DNA of 63,802 nucleotides, counting the filler, from Chrysochromulina tobinii (taxonomy: Eukaryota): NCBI GenBank assembly GCA_001275005.1. It is 12 parts of 12 records of this genome, joined end to end, with 100 filler letters (N's around TTAATTAATTAA, not from the genome) between each part and the next. Parts side by side here need not be neighbours in the genome. Positions count along the whole stretch, not along the records: positions 35,134 to 39,216 come from JWZX01000311.1; positions 39,317 to 54,014 come from JWZX01000312.1; positions 54,115 to 56,291 come from JWZX01000315.1; 9 more parts are not named here. One strand, written 5' to 3'. Both the position numbers and the translations under genes were made by a program. The notes below the pieces were generated by a model. That model ran no database searches and was not told the DNA's origin. It saw only the letters and a list, made by a program, of their open reading frames with translations. Positions 35,134 to 54,308 of the stretch are shown one piece after another. How positions within the stretch are numbered: position 1 is the stretch's first letter; each line of letters opens with the position of its first letter.

Positions 35134-38100
35134 CCCCTGGTCCACCCCCGGCAAGGACATCTGCTTGGAGACGTGCTTCTGCGCCGATTGCGACGACGGC
35201 GGCTCCAGCTCCGAGATGACGCTGTGTGCGTACAGCACCGACTGCGTGGGCTGTGGACCGCGCCAACCTTTGCCACCATCGCCTCCGAGGGCCCAGCCTG
35301 GGCCACCATCGCCAAGGGCCCCGCATGGGCCACCGTCGCCTCCAAGGGCCCCGCCTGCGACCCCATCGCCTCCAAGCCTGCGCTCAACTGCTGCGTGCCT
35401 TGGAATGCACGCTCGCGGCTCCAATTGCAACGACAGTGGCCCCTGCGACAAAGGTGGCGCCAGCACCGAGTTCTCTGACTGTCAGTATGGCACAGTCTGC
35501 GCGGACTGCGGCCTGCGCGCACAGCCGCCCCCGATGCTGCTTTACAATATGTCAGAGCTGCGCTCAGGCAACACCGGCAAGGTCGTGCACTATACCGGCA
35601 AGCGCGCTCGCCCCACCGTCGAGGAAGCGGCGCATATGGTCAGCGACGGCAGCGGTGTGCCTTGGGATGCGGTGGAGTGGCTCGACTTTGGCAACGCACT
35701 CTTAAGGCTGGGGTCGCTCGTCTTCGCCGTAAGCTGGAGGCGAAATCGGTCCAACCGTAACCAGTGCCTCACCTTGGCATTCCTCATGCTCTGCATCCCG
35801 AGGGTCATCGCCATGGAATCGACACGGCCTGATGGCGATGGAACTGCTGCGCATCAGACGGCGTCGGCGCCGCCGCCGAAGCCTCCGCCTCCTCCACCTC
35901 CTCCGCCGCCGCCGCCTCCGCCGCCGCCGCCACCGCCTCCGCCGCCGTTTCTCAAATTGTGCACGGATGATTTGAGCAGTGGCGCCTTCTACTTAAATGG
36001 CGCACCCATGCTGTGCTCCTACTTCTCAGCACAGCCCTCTGCTTGCGCTTCCTATTCCATCGCGCGGACTACTTGCCCGGTCGCGTGCGGAACGTGCTCG
36101 CCTCCCCCGCCTGGCCCCTCGGACCTCATGGTCTTGGCAGGCGCCGTAACGAGCCACCCTGTTGCCATGGCGCACGCAGTACAGTCACATCTACCGATGC
36201 CACTCGCCCGGCCATCGCCGCCACCGCGATCGCCTTTGACGGAGCTCGGACGAGCCCTCCCAAGCAGCCAGCATGATGGGCGACAGCTCGCGCCATCCAC
36301 AACGATCGTGGGCTCCGGGTCGATCGTGGGCAGCGTCGCCTCGGCGTCCCTTGTGCCGAGCCACCGCCGTGAGCTGCAGACCCAGGTGAGCACCGTCTCC
36401 AGCCTGACCAATGCACTTGCCAACACGGCGGTTGTACATATTGTCCTCGCCTCCGGCACCTACTACCTCAGCGTCGAGCTCAGCATCACCAGGAGCGTCA
36501 TCCTCCAGGCAACGCCGGGAGCCACGGTCGTGCTGCACGCTCAAGCGAGCTCCTCCAGTCGGCGTCGTGTGCTGAAGATCGACTTGGGCTCGTCGGACGT
36601 CGTGCAACTGATCGGGCTCAGCATCACGGGAGGCTACGCGGATGAGGATGGCGGCGGTGTCCGTGTCTCTGGAGGCACGGTGACCATGTCGTCGTGCACC
36701 ATCAGTGGGAACACGGCTGGTGGCACTGCGAACGGAGCGGATCGGCGGGGTGGGGGTGTCTGTGTCTGGTCCGGCACGGTGACCTTCTCATCGTGCACCA
36801 TCACTGGCAACACGGGTAGCGATGGCGGTGGTGTCTATGTCAGGGGTGGCACAGTGGCCTTCTCATCGTGCACCATCACTGGCAACACAGCAAACAGTGA
36901 AGGCGGCGGTGTCTATGTCTTTGGAGAGACAGGCACAGTGGCCGTCTCATCGTGCACCATCAGCGGGAACACTGCTATCGGTGCATTGGGCGGTTCTGGG
37001 GGCGGCGGTGTCTTCGTCTTTGGTGGCACAGTGGCCATCTCATCGTGCACCATGAGCGGGAACACAGGAAGCCCTGGGCCCAATGTCTATGTCTATGCCT
37101 GGGCCAACTGGGGAGCCACCGTCTGTTCCTGGCCAACGACCCCCACAGGCGTCTCTGGCTCAGTCTCAACTTGCTCGCAGACCCAGGTGAGCACCGTCGC
37201 CGGCCTGACCAGTGCACTCGCCAACACCGCCTTCGGCCGCATTGTACTGGCTTCGGGCACCTACTACCTCAGTGCCACGCTCAGCATCACGAGGAGCGTC
37301 GTCCTCGAGGCGGCGGTGGCAGGCTCGGTCGTGCTGGATGCACAAGCAAGCTACTCGAGTCAGCGCAAGGTGGTGAGCATCAACCCCGGGTCGTCGGGCG
37401 TGGTGCTCCTGAACGGGCTCAACGTCACGGGAGGCTACAACAGTGATATCAATGATGATATGGGCGGCGGCGTGCATGTCTTGAGTGGTCTCGTGACCTT
37501 CACTTCGTGCAACATCTACTCCAACTTAGGTGATTGGGGTGGTGGCGTCATGGTGTCCATGGTTGGGAATGGTCTCGTGACCTTCCTTTCGTGCAACATC
37601 TTCTCCAACAGAGGTTATGGGGGAGGCGGCGTCTGCGTCTTTGGTGGCAATGCTACATTCACCAACGTCAACATCTACGGAAATCAAATGCATGGAGATC
37701 AACTGCGTGGAGGTGGCGTCTACATCTCTGGTGGCACCGTGACGTTCACGTCTTCTAACATCTATTCCAACGTGGCCAATACCGGAGGCGGCGTCTTTAT
37801 CGCCTACTTCCAGAATCAAGCGTCAGGCACAACCTCAAGAAGCACAAGCATTGCGCTTGTGGCCAGCACCATTCACACAAACACAGCTGCGCAGGGGCCG
37901 AATGTCTATGTCGAATCAAGTGGAGCCTCCGTCTGCTCCTGGCCATCGACCCCCACTGGCGTCTCCCCTGAAGGCTCAGTCTCAACTTGCCCGGCACTGC
38001 CGGCGCCGCCGCCACCGCCATACCCTCCTGGGGGAGCGCCGTTGCCGCCGCCGCCCTCGCCGCCGCCACCACCGCCATACCCTCCTGGGGGAGCGCCGTT

Positions 38101-39216
38101 GCCGCCGCCGCCCTCGCCACCGCCGCCGTCGCCGCCGACCGCGGCGGTGAGCACTGTCTCCAGCCTGACCAGTGCACTCGCCAACACGGCGGTTGGCCGC
38201 ATTGTCCTGGCCCCCGGCACCTACTACCTCAGCGCCACGCTCAGCATCACCAGGAGCGTCGTCCTCGAGGCGGCGGTGGCAGGCTCGGTCGTGCTGGACG
38301 CACAAGCGAGCTCCTCGAGTCGGCGTCGTGTGCTGAACATCAACCCGGGCTCGTCGGGCGTCGTGCACCTAATCGGGCTCCACGTCACCAGGGGGTACGC
38401 ACAGAATGGCGGCGGTGTCTATGTTGAGGGGGGCACAGTGACCATCTCATCGTGCACCATCAGTGGCAACACGGCAGCCTTGTATCTTGGATATGATGAT
38501 AAGGGCGGCGGTGTCTATGTCCAGGGTGGCACAGTGGCCATCTCATCGTGCACCATCAGTGGCAACACAGCTGGCACTGGATGGGGTGGCGGTGTCCATA
38601 TCCAGGGTGGCACAGTGGCCATCTCATCGTGCACCATCAGTGGGAACTCAGCTCGCAATGGCGGCGGTGTCCAAGTTGAGGGTGGCACAGTCACGATCAC
38701 GTCTGCCTCGATCACCGGGAACACAGCTAACAACTTGGTTTCGGGTTCTGGAGGTGGCGGTGTCAATATCAATTCCGCCACAGTCTCAATCGTCAACTCC
38801 CAAGTGTATTCCAATCTAGCCAATGGGGGGGGGGTGCTCATCTTGTGGCGGTGGCGGTATAATCGTCTTCGGAGGCACAGTCTCGATCGTGAGTTCCCAG
38901 ATCTACTCCAACACAGCAAATATCGCTGGCGGCGGTGTCTATGCCCATTCCGGCACAGTCACGATCACGTCGTGCACCATCAGCGGGAACACAGGAAATC
39001 CTGGGCCCAATGTCTATGTCGTACAAGCCACCGTCTGCTCCTGGCCAACGACCCCAACAGGCTGTTTTTGCTCAGTCTCAACTTGCCCGTCACCGCCGCC
39101 CTCGCCGCCTCCGCCCTCGCCGCCTCCGCCCTCGCCCTCACCGCCGCCTCCGCCCTCGCCGCCCCCGCCCTCGCCCTCGCCGCCTCCGCCCTCGCACCCC
39201 CCGCCGCCTCCGCCCT
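35134..39216 (+). CDS. modular surface protein with Cys modules, ShK-like domain and three right-handed beta-helix modules (partial; frameshift near 38825-38845)
   Basis: CTDD...C...C...ARTTCPVACGTC; three STVSSLTSALANTAVGRIVLA modules with GGGVYV repeats; the repeat frame switches to ORF 38823 at a G run. Confidence 0.85.
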
Positions 39217-39929
39217 NNNNNNNNNNNNNNNNNNNNNNNNNNNNNNNNNNNNNNNNNNNNTTAATTAATTAANNNNNNNNNNNNNNNNNNNNNNNNNNNN
39301 NNNNNNNNNNNNNNNNGCTCTCCCCGTCAACTTTGACGTGGCCGAGTCGATCGCACGGCCAACAAGGGGCTGCGGCGTTCAGTGGAACCCACAGTGTCAA
39401 GCGGAATACTCGCTTCGACACTTGTGTGTCGCACTCGCTCTGCTCCTGTGCCACAGGCCCGCTGTGCAGACGCAACGTGCACAATGCCACAATCCATTGT
39501 GATTGTCGTATGTCGAGGATCACCAGCATGTAGATGTACCATGGCTTGCCGCCGCGCCACCTTGCTGCCGCCTTGTGCGCCTACTACACTGTACGACACG
39601 TCTCCGCTGCCCTCGTGTGCGAACGCTTCGTCCTGGGCGTCATGGGCACCATGTACTACTGTTGTATTGTGGCCCTTCCCACCGCCGCGATTAGAGAGCC
39701 GCGGCTCGGCGACGCGCCATGGTGAGCACGTGAGAGAGCGCCATGGTGAGCACATGAGCGCCGTGGTGAGCACACGAGAGAGCTGCGGCTCGGCGACGCG
39801 CCGTCCCGGCGATGGCGATCACACGCTCACGCGCTCACGCGCCGTCCCGGTCGGCGACGCGCCATCACGGCGCCATCGTTCACCCGCTCACCATGGCGCT
39901 CACGTGCTCACCATGGCGCTCTGACGTGC

Positions 39930-42535
39930 TCACGCGCCGCCGCCGGGCTGATCGTAGATATCATCACGCGGCGTCTCGGGCGCCATCGGGGCGGCGCGGG
40001 GCATGCCCATCACGGCCAGGTCGCGGCCCGCGACCACGAAAGTGATCGGGTCGGGCGCGCGGGCGAGGTACCTGATGAGGAGACCAATCAGAGACCATCA
40101 GAGGCAATCAGCCTTCGGGCGAGGTACCTGATGAGGAAACCAATCAGAGACCATCAGAGGCAATCAGCCCTCATCAGTGGCCCTCATCAGCGTACTTCAT
40201 CGTCTCCTTGGCTGATTCGGTCACTGCGCCGTCCACTGACAAGATGACATCTCCGACCTCGAGATTGGTCGCGCCGGCAGGCAGAGGGATGCGCGGCTTC
40301 TCGTACTTCTGCGCGGGGACGCAATCAGTGGCAATCAGTGGCAATCAGTGGCAATCAGTGGCAATCAGTGGCAATCAGTGGTAATCAGTGGTAATCAGTG
40401 GCAATCAGTGGCAATCGGTGGCAATCAGTGGCACTCAGTGGCACTCAGTGCGTCCTTGCCTGGACGTAGACGCCCACGCCGCATGCGGTGTCGGCAAGGA
40501 GGAGAGTGCCGTTGTCTTTGGTGGACCAGGGGTTTGGGATGGTGACGAGCCTGGAAGGGCTGTTGCCGGCCACCTCAAGGATGATCTCCCCGCGGAGATC
40601 GGTGAGCTTGTCGATGATCACCTGCCATCAGGGAGGTCATCAGGGAGGTCATCAGGGTGGTCATCAGGGAGGTCATCAGGGAGGTCATCAGGGAGGTCAT
40701 CAGGGAGGTCATCAGGGAGGTCATCAGCTCGCGCACATTGGTATCGACGATGCACTCCTCGCCCACGGATAAGATAATGTCGCCGACCAGCAGCCCTGAT
40801 CGATGGGCTGGGAATCCGGGCTCGAGCTCAAGGACGACAACGCCGTCCGCCCGTTGCCCACAGTTGGCGAGGGTCATGCCGAAGCCGTCGGTGCCTGATG
40901 AGCGAGGCCATCAGGGAGGTCATGAGGGAGGTCATGAGGGAGGTCATGAGGGAGGTCATGAGGAAGGTCATCAGAGAAGCCATCGGGAGGCCATCAGGGA
41001 TGCGGCCATAAGGGAGGCAATCAATAGGTCATCAGAGGCAATCAATAGGTCATCAGAGGTCATTAACGTACCGACCACAGGCCGAACGAAGTGGGTACCC
41101 ATCTCGGTGCTCAGCCCGGCGCCCGTGATGCCGATATCTCGCTCGATCTCCTGCCACGCGCCGTTTCGAGCACATCGGAGGGTGAGCGCCGTGTTGAGCG
41201 CATGCAGGCGCACTCGGGCGCACTCGTTGCTGACCTCATTATCGATTTGGAGCGACTGCAGAAGAAGGCGGCGGCGAGGGCGGCGGCGAGGGCGGCGGCG
41301 AGGGCGGCGGCGAGGACAGCGAGGAGCCCCAGGCACAACAGGAGAGGAGAGAGTGCATGCATGCAGCGAGGGTACGGAGGGCACAGGTGAGAGAGCGCGC
41401 GCCGTATTGGTCACCGGGGGGAGTGGGGAGCTGAGAGGGAGCTGAGAGGGAGCTGAGAGGGAAGGATACGGGGAGATGCGGGGAGATGCGGGGAGATGCG
41501 GGGAGATGCGGGGAGCTGCGGGGAGCTGCGGGGAGATGCGGGGAGATGCGGGGAGCTCAGAAACGGCGCGTTCAAGAGCCTAATCGATCGTCCGCATCCC
41601 TAATTTGGGTCGGATTCACGAGAAACCGAATCTTCACAGCCGACCGCTATGGGAATGGCGCCGCAGTGGGATGGCGCCGTCGTGGGCATGGCGCCGTCGT
41701 GGGCATGGCGGGTTCGCGGCGGGCGATGGGCGCCGTCGTGGGCGGTGGGCGCCGTCGTGGGCGGTGGGCGCGTACGTAGTTGAAGCCGTGCGACCGCCCT
41801 CGTGAAATGGTAATGGTGGCGGGGCGGCCTCCGACCTTGAATTGGTGTTGCGAGCCATTGTCCACAAAGTAGCCGAAGAGCGTCTTCGTGCGCTCCACCT
41901 GGTGGGGGAGGCAATCGGACGTCATGCGAGCCATTCAGAGGCTCCTCAAGGGTCGGGCACACCATCTCCTTGTTGACGTAGATCTTGCGGATGCCTGAGC
42001 GGCGTCCGTGCCGTAGAAGGATCTGGTAGTACTTGTCGTTGAGCGTGTAGACCCATTTGACCTGGATCATGTTGAAGTTCTCGTGCTCCTCGGACTGCAC
42101 GACGCGCACGGAGCGCGGCGTGCCCAGCTCGTCGCGCAGCGTGATGGTCCCGGCAGCGTTCGACGAGTCCAAGCTCGACGAGCTCGCGTTGAGCACCTCC
42201 TTCTTGAGCTTGCGCGCCGAGAGCGGTCCCGAGCCGGCGCTCGGCACCGAACCTAAGGAGAGGGCGGGGATGGCCGGAGCGCCGCTGCTGCCGGACCCGC
42301 CGCCGCCCAAGCCGGCGGCCGGCAGGTTGAGCGAGAAGCCCGTGCTGCTCGCCCTCGGAGCTGGGTCAGCCGCTGCCGGCTCAGCCGCTCCCGGGTCAGC
42401 CGCTGCCGGCGGCAGCCCTCGCGCCGCGCGGAAGGATTCGAGCCGGCTCCGCGTGCCGTCGAGGGGAGCAGGAGCTGTGGCCGCCACCTCCGCTGCCTTC
42501 GCCTGCTCCTTCCGGAATGATTCGAGACGTGACAT
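39930..42535 (-). CDS. 8-exon gene (~456 aa): FAIM1-like domain plus two PDZ-like domains
   Basis: Manual splice, exons 42535-41963, 41898-41776, 41255-41235, 41150-41072, 40894-40737, 40621-40460, 40308-40196, 40071-39930, all phases consistent. KWVYTLNDKYYQILLRHGRRSGIRKIYVN...FNYSLQIDNE; GFGMTL...PAHRSGLLVGDIILSV; LEVGDVILSVDG. Confidence 0.75.
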
Positions 42536-42690
42536 TCGTCCTTGCTCTGCTGCGCAATTCGTGTGAACTGGCCGACTCGACAATTTGGTTACTGTCGCTT
42601 CACACGCAAATGAGGAGGGGCACGGGCCTCCAGGGGATAGATTTGGGGCTCGTTGAGGTAGTCGGCGGTCGGAAAGTATTTGCGAGAATG

Positions 42691-42726
42691 GACTTGACTT
42701 GACTCGACTTGACTTGACTTGACTTG
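42691..42726. repeat. (GACTT)n microsatellite in a divergent intergenic region
   Basis: About seven pentamer units between the ATGs at 42535 (-) and 42898 (+). Confidence 0.8.
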
Positions 42727-42897
42727 TCTTGTGTCGACATACAGACCAGACGCGTGGATATCGCAATCGTATTGCGCGATCTTTTGCTACACGCGCCCTA
42801 AGGCCACGCGGGCGCTATCCCCCCCTTGCCGTCCGTCCGCTTCGCGAAAGTCGCTCGCCGCCAAGCGCGCCGCGCAACTCGCCGCCGCGTCGACGCC

Positions 42898-51258
<8,361 letters not shown>

Positions 51259-51282
<24 letters not shown>

Positions 51283-51404
51283 CGGCCGCCCAAGACGACG
51301 CGGAGTTGGACGAGTGGGAATAACGGCCGCCCAAGACGACGCGGAGTTGGACGAGTGGGAGTAACGGCCGCCCAAGACGACGCGGAGTTGGACGAGTGGG
51401 AGTA
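51259..51404 (+). repeat. 41-bp tandem repeat (~3.5 copies) spanning the CHD stop codon
   Basis: GCGGAGTTGGACGAGTGGGAGTAACGGCCGCCCAAGACGAC units. Confidence 0.9.
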
Positions 51405-51776
51405 AGCTGTCAGGCCTCTTAGGGCGTAACGGCCGCCCGAGACGACGCGCCTACCGTATGCATCGAGTTTAAGCTGTCAGGCCGCTGTGGATATCAGTCG
51501 GAGCGTAAGGAGACGTGGAGATAGCTATTGCCTCCCGGGTGCGATTGGCCTCGTGCTGGCCCGTGCGGCCTGCGGGTGCGCGCGGCGCTCGCCGGGGCGG
51601 GGACAGGCGCGCGTCGGCACGCTGGGGATTGACGAAGATCGTACGCGTGGCCGCGTACACACCGGAAAAAGTTGCGCATTCGTCCTATCCAGGGCATAAA
51701 GTCCACCATGGTGCCGGGTCCCGGGGTGCGGGAATCGCTTGCATGCTACTATACGTTTCCTACTAACGACGAGTCC

Positions 51777-52230
51777 CTACATCGCGTGGTACACCGCGCC
51801 CTCCGCTGCCGCCGCCGCCGGCACCTTGAGTGGTCCGCGCAGCACCGCTCCAGCACCTCGATTGCCGAGGACGCCCACGGCGAGGCCGAGGCCGAAGAGG
51901 ACGATGAAGCCGAGGAGAGGACCGAGGGCTTCGGAGATCCCTTCCGCCAACGAGCCGATCTCCTCGACGGACTCGGTGGCCCAGTTCGGCGGTGGAGGTG
52001 AGGGCGGTGGAGAGGATGGAGGTGGTGGCGCAGGTGGCGGAGGCGTGGGTGGGGGAGGGACGGGCGGAGGTGGCGCGAGGGCGGGGGGGCGTGGGGCGGC
52101 GGTGGCGTGGGCGGGGGTGGGTGTGGGTGGGGGTGGGCGTGGGCGGCGGCGGCAGCGGCGGAGATGGGCTGGAGAACATCGCTTGGCTGGCGATGGGCTG
52201 GACGAGACAGATGACTAGCACCAGCGACAT
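51777..52230 (-). CDS. small Pro-rich single-pass membrane protein (1-nt frameshift in a C-rich tract, error or pseudogene)
   Basis: MSLVLVICLVQPIASQA signal, Pro tract, TM LGPLLGFIVLFGLGLAVGVL, ends AVYHAM*; span 454 nt. Confidence 0.5.
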
Positions 52231-53103
52231 CCAATGGAGGCTGTGGCGTGGTGTGGCATAAAACAGCCGACGTCGGTGAATGTCGTGAATGTGAGGCGTC
52301 ACCTGTTGCTCGCCGAAGGGCGGCATTGTCGTGATTTTTCAATGCACGTGAGTGTGCTTGAGCGGAGTGTGCGGAGCGTGCGGTGAGTGCGGGATCACGG
52401 GGTGCCGACGACGGCCTCCATGAACTCGCGATTCCTCACGCCGCCTTTTGCGGCGTTAATTGTTCATAATGAATCGGCGTTTGTTCACACCAGACTGGTG
52501 CGTTAGTTCGCTCCCGGCGTTGAGCCCCAAAGCTTGGGGGGGGATGCGGCTCCCTGCCGTGTGCGCCCGTAGCAGCACTCCCATCCTTTGGTTCCTTACA
52601 GACTGTCTCGATGTATGATTCTTTGGGCCGACAATCGGATCATGCGTGTGTGGTGACAAGCCCGTACTCTTCCCGCCACGACGCGGCCGCCCACCCCGGC
52701 CCGCCGACCGCTCATATGTAAATATGTGCGATCCCGCCGCCGTATGGATACGCTATGCACTCGTGTGCACCGTCCACTGTCATGCCATTCGGTCGTACAA
52801 CCAGTCGTACCGAAACACGCGAACAGGCCAGTCCAGAGCCCCTCTCCAATGTCAAGTCAAGTCATGCCTCGAAGTGACTTGACTTGACTTGTCCAATGTC
52901 ATGCCGTCATGCGCAGCGCCTGCGACTCACATGCCTACCGTATGTTGATTCCAGTCGGCCGTCGAGTCGAGGCGCGCCCAAGACGGCGCTCGCGGTGGGA
53001 GGAGCGCCGAGTCGAGCGCCGGCGGTTGATTCCAGTCGGCCTGGAGAGAGAGAGGGAGAGACCGCGATCAGGCCAGACACCGCGCTCGGCTCGGCGCTTG
53101 CTC

Positions 53104-53238
53104 CTGACCTGAGCCGGTAAGGGCGTGCGCGAGAGAGGGCGCGAGCTTGCTGCTGACCTGAGCCGGTAAGGGCGTGCGCGAGAGAGGGCGCGAGCTTGCT
53201 GCTGACCTGAGCCGGTAAGGGCGTGCGCGAGAGAGGGC
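53104..53238. repeat. 49-bp tandem repeat, ~3 copies
   Basis: CTGACCTGAGCCGGTAAGGGCGTGCGCGAGAGAGGGC starts at 53104, 53153 and 53202. Confidence 0.9.
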
Positions 53239-53244
53239 TCACTG

Positions 53245-54014
53245 CTAGCCGAGCCGGTGGTACATGGCGTCATCGGAGGCCGACGATGGCGGCGGGGCGG
53301 AATCACGGTTGGAGAGGAAGCAGCACACGACGATGCCTACGACGGCGCTTATGGCGGCGATCAGGACGGCGAGAGCGTTGGCGGCGACGAAGCTGGACAG
53401 GAAGCCAAGGCTGCCGGCGAAGCTCATGAGCTCATCAGAAGGCTGTGGAACCGAAGGCTGTGGAACCGAAGACTGTGAAACCGAAGGCTTTGGAACCGAA
53501 GGCTGTGGAACCGAAGGCTGTGGAACCGAATGCGGCAGCCTTGGTGATGGCGGCGAGGTCGCCGGCAAGGGCGGCGAGGGCGGCGAGGTCGAAGAGGTCG
53601 AAGAGGGCGGCGAGGACGACGAGGGCGGCGAGGACGACGAGGGCGGCGAGGACGACGAGGACAGGGGCAGCCTCTTTGGCGGCGGCGAGGTCGCCAGCGA
53701 GGGCGGCGAGGACGGTGGCGGCGGCGGCGGCGGCGGTGAGGGCGGTGGGGAAAGCGGCGGTGGGGAAAGCGGCGGTGGGGAAAGCGGCGGTGGGGAAAGC
53801 GGCGGTGGTGCTGGTGAGCTCAGCGGTGGCGGTGGAGAAAGCGGCGGTGGTGCTGGTGAGCTCAGCGGTGGCGGTGGTGAAAGCGGCGGTGGTGCTGGTG
53901 AGCTCAGCGGTAGCGGTGGTGAGCGCGCCGGATGTGGCGCCTTACGTGGTGATGGAGGGCTCGGGCGAGGGCGCGGGTGGGGGCGCGGGCGTGGCGAGGG
54001 CGGGGGAGGCGGCG
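53245..54014 (-). CDS. Pro/Ser-rich single-pass membrane protein, C-terminal part (5' cut by gap)
   Basis: SPPP and VPQPS repeats, TM ALAVLIAAISAVVGIVVCCFL, ends DAMYHRLG*. Confidence 0.6.
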
Positions 54015-54308
54015 NNNNNNNNNNNNNNNNNNNNNNNNNNNNNNNNNNNNNNNNNNNNTTAATTAATTAANNNNNNNNNNNNNNNNNNNNNNNNNNNNNN
54101 NNNNNNNNNNNNNNGTCAGTGGCTGCACCCCATCTTTCGTTCATTGCGAGGCCAACGTCAACGGCCCGTCATTCTCAATGACGAGCCGGAGGTCGATCAT
54201 GTTCTACGGCCGCCACGCGACCCTCGAGTGGTCGCGTACCAGCTCGCCCGCCTCGGAGCTGCGCGGAGCGTTGCCGCCAGTCAATCCACAAGCGACGAAC
54301 GCGAGTGG

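Noticed and set aside
38825..38845. Frameshift in the beta-helix gene as possible phase variation
   Set aside because: It lies at a G homopolymer and cannot be told apart from sequencing error without reads.
40072..40195. CTGATGAG...GAAAC resembling a hammerhead ribozyme core
   Set aside because: No stem II between CTGATGA and GAAA; explained as the reverse complement of class A intron ends.
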